A stretch of DNA of 18,910 bases from Gemmatimonadota bacterium (GTDB taxonomy: Bacteria; Gemmatimonadota; Gemmatimonadetes; Longimicrobiales; RSA9): NCBI GenBank assembly GCA_040905425.1, contig JBBDRO010000087.1, positions 1,740 to 20,649 of the forward strand, in the 5' to 3' direction. The first letter of the stretch is position 1, and the number at the start of each line of letters is the position of its first letter. A program made the position numbers and the translations under genes. Positions 15,071 through 18,910 of the stretch are shown in pieces. The notes beneath the pieces were generated by a model. That model saw only the letters and a list, made by a program, of their open reading frames with translations. It was not told the DNA's origin and ran no database searches.

Positions 15071-15754
15071 TCAGGGAGTCAACGCGGAGAGGGCAGCCCG
15101 GTCCGGGATCCGGTAGCGACCCCTACCGTCGGACTCGAGGTGACCACGCGCACGGAGGTCGGCGAGTACACGCACCACCACCTCGCGGGCCGAACCCACC
15201 TTCTCGGCAAGGTCCGCCTGCGTGCCGGCCAGCCGGAACCACGGGCCGGCGGCCGCGGCGCTCCGCTCGAGCAGCTCGCGGACCACGCGGCCGCGCACGT
15301 CGAGGCCGTGGCGCTCGTCGAGGCGCTCGACCAGGAAGGAGATGCGTTGCGAGAGGTGGCGGAGCAGGCGCCAGGCAAGCTCCGGGTGACCGGCCAGCGC
15401 CGCGCGGAATTCGCCGGCTTCGAGGACGAAGCAGCGCGTGGCGCGGGTGGCTACCGCCGTGGCGGGGTACCCGCCCCCCGCCAGGAGCGGCACCTCGCCG
15501 ATGGTGGCGCCGGGCCCGGCGGTATGCACCACGTGCTGGCGGCCCTGGCGGGCGCGGACGATGCGTACTTCACCGCTCAGTACAACGTAGAGGCCGTCCG
15601 GCTCCTGGCCTGTCAGCCAGAGCACGGCGTCAGCTGCATAGGTGCGACTTGTTCCCGCCGCGGCCAACAGCGCCAGGGCCTCCGGCTGTAGTTCCGCGAA
15701 GAGGGGTATCCGGGCGAGCTCATCCACCATGTTGTGTGACCTGGGTTCCAGCAT
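15071..15754 (-). CDS. Crp/Fnr family transcriptional regulator
   Basis: IPLFAEL, LYVVLSGEVRI, GEVPLL, YPATA and HTH TQADLAEKVGSAREVVVR. Start at ATG 15754 or ATG 15730. Confidence 0.92.
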   Translation of the reverse strand: MLEPRSHNMVDELARIPLFAELQPEALALLAAAGTSRTYAADAVLWLTGQEPDGLYVVLSGEVRIVRARQGRQHVVHTAGPGATIGEVPLLAGGGYPATAVATRATRCFVLEAGEFRAALAGHPELAWRLLRHLSQRISFLVERLDERHGLDVRGRVVRELLERSAAAAGPWFRLAGTQADLAEKVGSAREVVVRVLADLRARGHLESDGRGRYRIPDRAALSALTP

Positions 15755-15777
15755 GGTACCACCCCGGACGTCATAAT
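15735..15777 (+). promoter_or_regulatory. Putative Crp-type site with a class II promoter for the Spy/CpxP gene
   Basis: TGTGA-cctggg-TTCCA at 15735-15750 is centred at -41.5 relative to a -10 box CATAAT at 15772-15777. Confidence 0.45.
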
Positions 15778-15826
15778 AGGCCCCCGGACCGGAGCCAGTC
15801 ACCCCGCTCAAAGCTGGAGGCATTGC

Positions 15827-16387
15827 ATGCGTGACCATTCCCTGGCGGCCCGCTTCGGCGCGGCCGCCTGTGCCCTGACGCTCGTCCAGGCGGCACCCAT
15901 CGCCGCCCAGCACGAGCATTCGCCGTACGCCGCGGGCCAGTCGAGCCAGGTGAAGTCCCTGACCCAGCAGCAGGTGGATGACCTGCTTGCGGGCGCCGGC
16001 ATGGGGTTGGCCCTGCCGGCCGAGTTGAACGGGCACCCGGGTCCGCGCCACGTGCTGGAACTGGCCGACTCGCTCGCGCTCACCAGCGCACAGCTGAGGC
16101 GGACGCAGGAGCTTATCGACGCCATGCAGGCAGAGGCCGTGGCGCTCGGGGCGCGCCTCCTCGAAGCGGAAGCGGAACTGAACGATCTCTTTGCCGCCGG
16201 GTCCGTGGAGGAGGGCCAGGTGGCGCCTGCCGTCATGCGGGCGGCTCGGCTGGAGGGGGAGCTGCGCACGGTTCATCTGCGGACGCACGTTGCCATGTAC
16301 GGCCTGCTCACCGAGCATCAGCGCCACACCTACGATCGGTTGCGCGGCTATGGTGCGGGCCACGGGCCGGTGTCAACCCCGTTTTAG
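15827..16387 (+). CDS. Periplasmic Spy/CpxP (LTXXQ) family protein
   Basis: Signal peptide ending IAA-Q, then HEH, SPYA, GMGLALPAELNGHPGPRHVLELA, LTSAQ and LTEHQ motifs. GGAGG RBS. Confidence 0.85.
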   Translation: MRDHSLAARFGAAACALTLVQAAPIAAQHEHSPYAAGQSSQVKSLTQQQVDDLLAGAGMGLALPAELNGHPGPRHVLELADSLALTSAQLRRTQELIDAMQAEAVALGARLLEAEAELNDLFAAGSVEEGQVAPAVMRAARLEGELRTVHLRTHVAMYGLLTEHQRHTYDRLRGYGAGHGPVSTPF

Positions 16388-16396
16388 CGCCCAAAG

Positions 16397-16438
16397 CAGC
16401 GCGGCCCGCACCGGAGGAAGACCGGGCGGGCCGCGCTG
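16397..16438. terminator. Hairpin between convergent genes, probable bidirectional terminator
   Basis: Perfect 13-bp stem CAGCGCGGCCCGC / GCGGGCCGCGCTG with an inner CCGG pair. Confidence 0.7.
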
Positions 16439-16460
16439 GGAGCGCTTGGAAGGTGACGGC

Positions 16461-16844
16461 TCACTCGTCGCTTTCGACCGCTTCCTCCGCCTCATCGGGG
16501 AACATGGGGCTCAGCTCGCGCCAGAGTTCCTCCACCTTGCGGCGCAGGTCCCGCACCCGCACCTCCTCCTCCGACTGGTTCTGCAGGTGGTAGCGGGCGG
16601 CGCTCAGCGCGCTGTAGGCTCGCCACAGCGCCTGCGAGGCCGGCGTGCGCGTCTTGCTGGGGCGCTTCTCGTCCCGCAGCTTGGCCACCACCCATTCGCT
16701 GAGGTCCTGGTTGAGGAGCATGACGTCCCCGTCCGCCTTGGCCTCGTCCTCCACGAACTTCTGCAGCTTGCTCTTGAACGACTTGGGCACGCCGGCGACG
16801 ATGTAGACGCTCAGGTCGTCGCGCTCGAGCATCTCAGCCGCCAT
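16461..16844 (-). CDS. Hypothetical cytoplasmic protein (127 aa), charged and helical
   Basis: Strong AGGAGGAG RBS, G/C-ending codons, a TATCTT -10-like box at 16889-16884 and a downstream hairpin. Confidence 0.85.
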   Translation of the reverse strand: MAAEMLERDDLSVYIVAGVPKSFKSKLQKFVEDEAKADGDVMLLNQDLSEWVVAKLRDEKRPSKTRTPASQALWRAYSALSAARYHLQNQSEEEVRVRDLRRKVEELWRELSPMFPDEAEEAVESDE

Positions 16845-16981
16845 GCACTCCTCCTGTTGGATTTCGGGTCTTTTTGGCCGGGCAAGATAGCGGATCGCGC
16901 GCCCTTTCGCACGTTCTCAAGCGACATATGGCTACGCCGCGTTCCCGGCGCGTCGAGAATTCCGGCCGTTTTTCCGGGTTC

Positions 16982-18277
16982 TCAGCGCTCCAGGACCATG
17001 GCGAATCCCATACCGCCCGCGGCGCACACGCTGACCAGTCCCACACCCAGACCGCGCCGGCCCATCTCGTTCAGCAGGGTGGTGGTGAGGCGAGCGCCGG
17101 TGGCGCCGAAGGGGTGGCCGATGGCTATGCTGCCGCCCATGACGTTGATGCGCGCCTCGTCGATGAGTCCGACCTTGCGGTCCCGGCCCAGCTCGCGGCG
17201 CGCGAAGGCGCCCGAATCCAGCGCCTGGAAGTTGGACAGCACCTGGGCGGCAAAGGCCTCGTGAATCTCCCATAACTCCACGTCCGACATGGAGATACCC
17301 GCTCGCTCCAGGGCCTGCGGAATGGCCCAGGCCGGGCTCTGCAGGAGCTGCGTGGCGGGATCCAGCGCGGTGTACGACCAGCTCCGGATGAAGCCCAGCG
17401 GCTCGAGCCCTTCGGCGGCCGCGCGCTCCTCCGCCATGAGCACCACGGCGGAGGCGCCGTCCGTGAGCGGGGAGGCGTTGCCGGCGGTCACCGTGCCGTG
17501 CTTGCGGTCGAATGCGGGGCGCAGGGCGGCCAGCTTCTCCGCCGAGGTGTCCTCCCGGATGCCGTTGTCCGCGCTCACCACCTCCGCGAAATCGGGCGGC
17601 AGGTAGACCGGCACGATCTCCGCCGTGAGGCGGCCGTCCCCGGTGCCCCCGGCCGCCAGCTGGTGCGAGCGCAGCGCCCAGCGATCCTGCTCCGCCCGGG
17701 AGATGCCGTTCTCCTTGGCCATGCGCTCGGCGCTCTGCCCCATGGTTTCGCCGGTGGAGGGCTCAGCGATGGCCGGCGTCACCGGCGCCAGATCGCGCGG
17801 CCGGACGCGCGCCAGCGTGCGCGCTTTGGCTACCGCCGTGCGGGCTTTGTTGGCGTCCAGCAACAGGTTACGTAGGCGCTTGGAGAGCAGCATGGGGACG
17901 TCCGAGAGCACTTCCACGCCGCCCGCCACCACCACGTCCGCGTGGCCGCGGGCAATGGCCTCCGTGCCGCTCGTGATGGCCTGGTTGGCGGAGGCGCAGG
18001 CACGGCTCACGGAATGGGCGTGCGCGCGGGGCGGGATGCCGGCGGCCAGCCCCACCTCGCGCGCCACGTTGGGGGCCAGGATGGAGGGGACCACCGTACC
18101 GTAGACCAGTTCGTCCACGCTGGCCGGGTCCAGATCCGCGCGCGCCAGCACGTCACGCACGGCCAGCGCCCCCAGCCGCACCGCGGGCATGTCACGGAAC
18201 TGCGTCCCCGACCTGAGGAACGGGGTCCGGCAACCGGCCACGATGGCAACGCGCCGGCCCAGCCAGGGTTCGGCCAT
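16982..18277 (-). CDS. fadI: Acetyl-CoA C-acyltransferase (3-ketoacyl-CoA thiolase), FadI type
   Basis: RTPF, PNVARE, SVSRACAS, HEAFAAQ, GHPFGATG and CAAGG. GGAGG upstream of ATG 18277. Confidence 0.9.
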   Translation of the reverse strand: MAEPWLGRRVAIVAGCRTPFLRSGTQFRDMPAVRLGALAVRDVLARADLDPASVDELVYGTVVPSILAPNVAREVGLAAGIPPRAHAHSVSRACASANQAITSGTEAIARGHADVVVAGGVEVLSDVPMLLSKRLRNLLLDANKARTAVAKARTLARVRPRDLAPVTPAIAEPSTGETMGQSAERMAKENGISRAEQDRWALRSHQLAAGGTGDGRLTAEIVPVYLPPDFAEVVSADNGIREDTSAEKLAALRPAFDRKHGTVTAGNASPLTDGASAVVLMAEERAAAEGLEPLGFIRSWSYTALDPATQLLQSPAWAIPQALERAGISMSDVELWEIHEAFAAQVLSNFQALDSGAFARRELGRDRKVGLIDEARINVMGGSIAIGHPFGATGARLTTTLLNEMGRRGLGVGLVSVCAAGGMGFAMVLER

Positions 18278-18294
18278 GGGGACCTCCGCTTCCT

Positions 18295-18753
18295 TCAGTC
18301 CGAGGATTCCGCTCCGAAGCCCTCTTCGAGGGCGTTGAAGCCGAGCAGCGCACATTTCACGCGCACGGGGAATCTGGCCACCCCCGCCAGGGCGCGCAGA
18401 TCGCCGAGCTCGCGGTCGCGCGCGGCCTCCGCGTCCCCGTGCATCATGGCCGTGAAGCGCGCGGCCAGCGCCAGCGCCTCCGCCCGGCTCTTGCCCATCA
18501 CCAGCTTGGTCATCATGGAGATGGCGGCCTGGGAGATGGAGCAGCCCTGCCCCTCGAACTTCACGTCGGCCACCGTGTCATCTTCCATGCGCATCTGCAG
18601 GAAGATCTCGTCCCCGCAGGTGGGGTTGTTCATATGGACGCGGATGTCCGCGTCGGGCAGCTCCCCCTTGTTGCGAGGGCGCTTGTAGTGGTCGAGGATG
18701 ACCTCCTGGAAGAGGCCGCCGAGGTCCGGGGTAGAGCGGTCGATATCCGTCAT
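18295..18753 (-). CDS. sufU: SUF system NifU-family Fe-S assembly sulfur-transfer protein
   Basis: QEVILDHYKRPRN, NPTCGD, GCSIS and FPVRVKCA. It has the SufU-type insertion and lacks the IscU LPPVK motif. Confidence 0.93.
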   Translation of the reverse strand: MTDIDRSTPDLGGLFQEVILDHYKRPRNKGELPDADIRVHMNNPTCGDEIFLQMRMEDDTVADVKFEGQGCSISQAAISMMTKLVMGKSRAEALALAARFTAMMHGDAEAARDRELGDLRALAGVARFPVRVKCALLGFNALEEGFGAESSD

Positions 18754-18760
18754 GGTGCGC

Positions 18761-18789
18761 AATATAACGGGCCGCGCGGGGGAGGCGAA
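18761..18789 (-). promoter_or_regulatory. Putative promoter giving a leaderless sufU(-fadI) mRNA
   Basis: TTCGCC (18789-18784) - 17 nt - TATATT (18766-18761) - 7 nt - ATG 18753, with no SD. Confidence 0.6.
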
Positions 18790-18910
18790 CCGCCCGGGGG
18801 GGAGCGCGGTGTGGTGTCAGCGCCGCACGTACAGGCTCCGGTGTCATCGGGGCCATGCGCGGGGAGCGCGGTGTGCCATCAAAGCCGCACGCGTAGCGTC
18901 CCGTTGAAGC

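Noticed and set aside
15755..16363. 430-aa extended Crp protein
   Set aside because: The extension is the antisense of the Spy/CpxP gene. The Crp domain begins near 15754-15730.
18790..18910. Short ORFs at the right edge (18578..18856 minus, 18698..18907 plus)
   Set aside because: They overlap sufU and its promoter, and show no motifs or convincing RBS.

Overview
Very GC-rich bacterial chromosomal DNA with about 20 genes. I see no RNA genes, CRISPR array or mobile element. Gene content suggests a diderm such as Gemmatimonadota, but that is an unverified inference. Two loci stand out. (1) A minus-strand operon at 4946..<1 encodes an extended SDR, a serine palmitoyltransferase-type enzyme, a GNAT-fold protein, an AUR1/IPC-synthase-like PAP2 protein and a CPBP intramembrane protease. 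It reads as a ceramide pathway (CerR-Spt-bCerS) plus a head-group transferase. (2) A three-gene minus-strand operon at 14914..9790 encodes a Big_2-repeat lipoprotein with a distinct C-terminal domain, a TPR + CsgG/HfaB-like lipoprotein and an outer-membrane beta-barrel. It is a candidate uncharacterised surface display/export module. The remaining recognisable genes encode a pterin dehydratase, class III aminotransferase, S66 LD-carboxypeptidase, PduO-type adenosyltransferase, 7Fe ferredoxin, a divergent Crp/Fnr and Spy/CpxP pair, FadI thiolase and SufU. There are also three hypothetical proteins, several hairpins and promoter-like motifs, a 9-bp tandem repeat and a phased direct-repeat array. 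All calls come from motif reading by eye; no searches were run.
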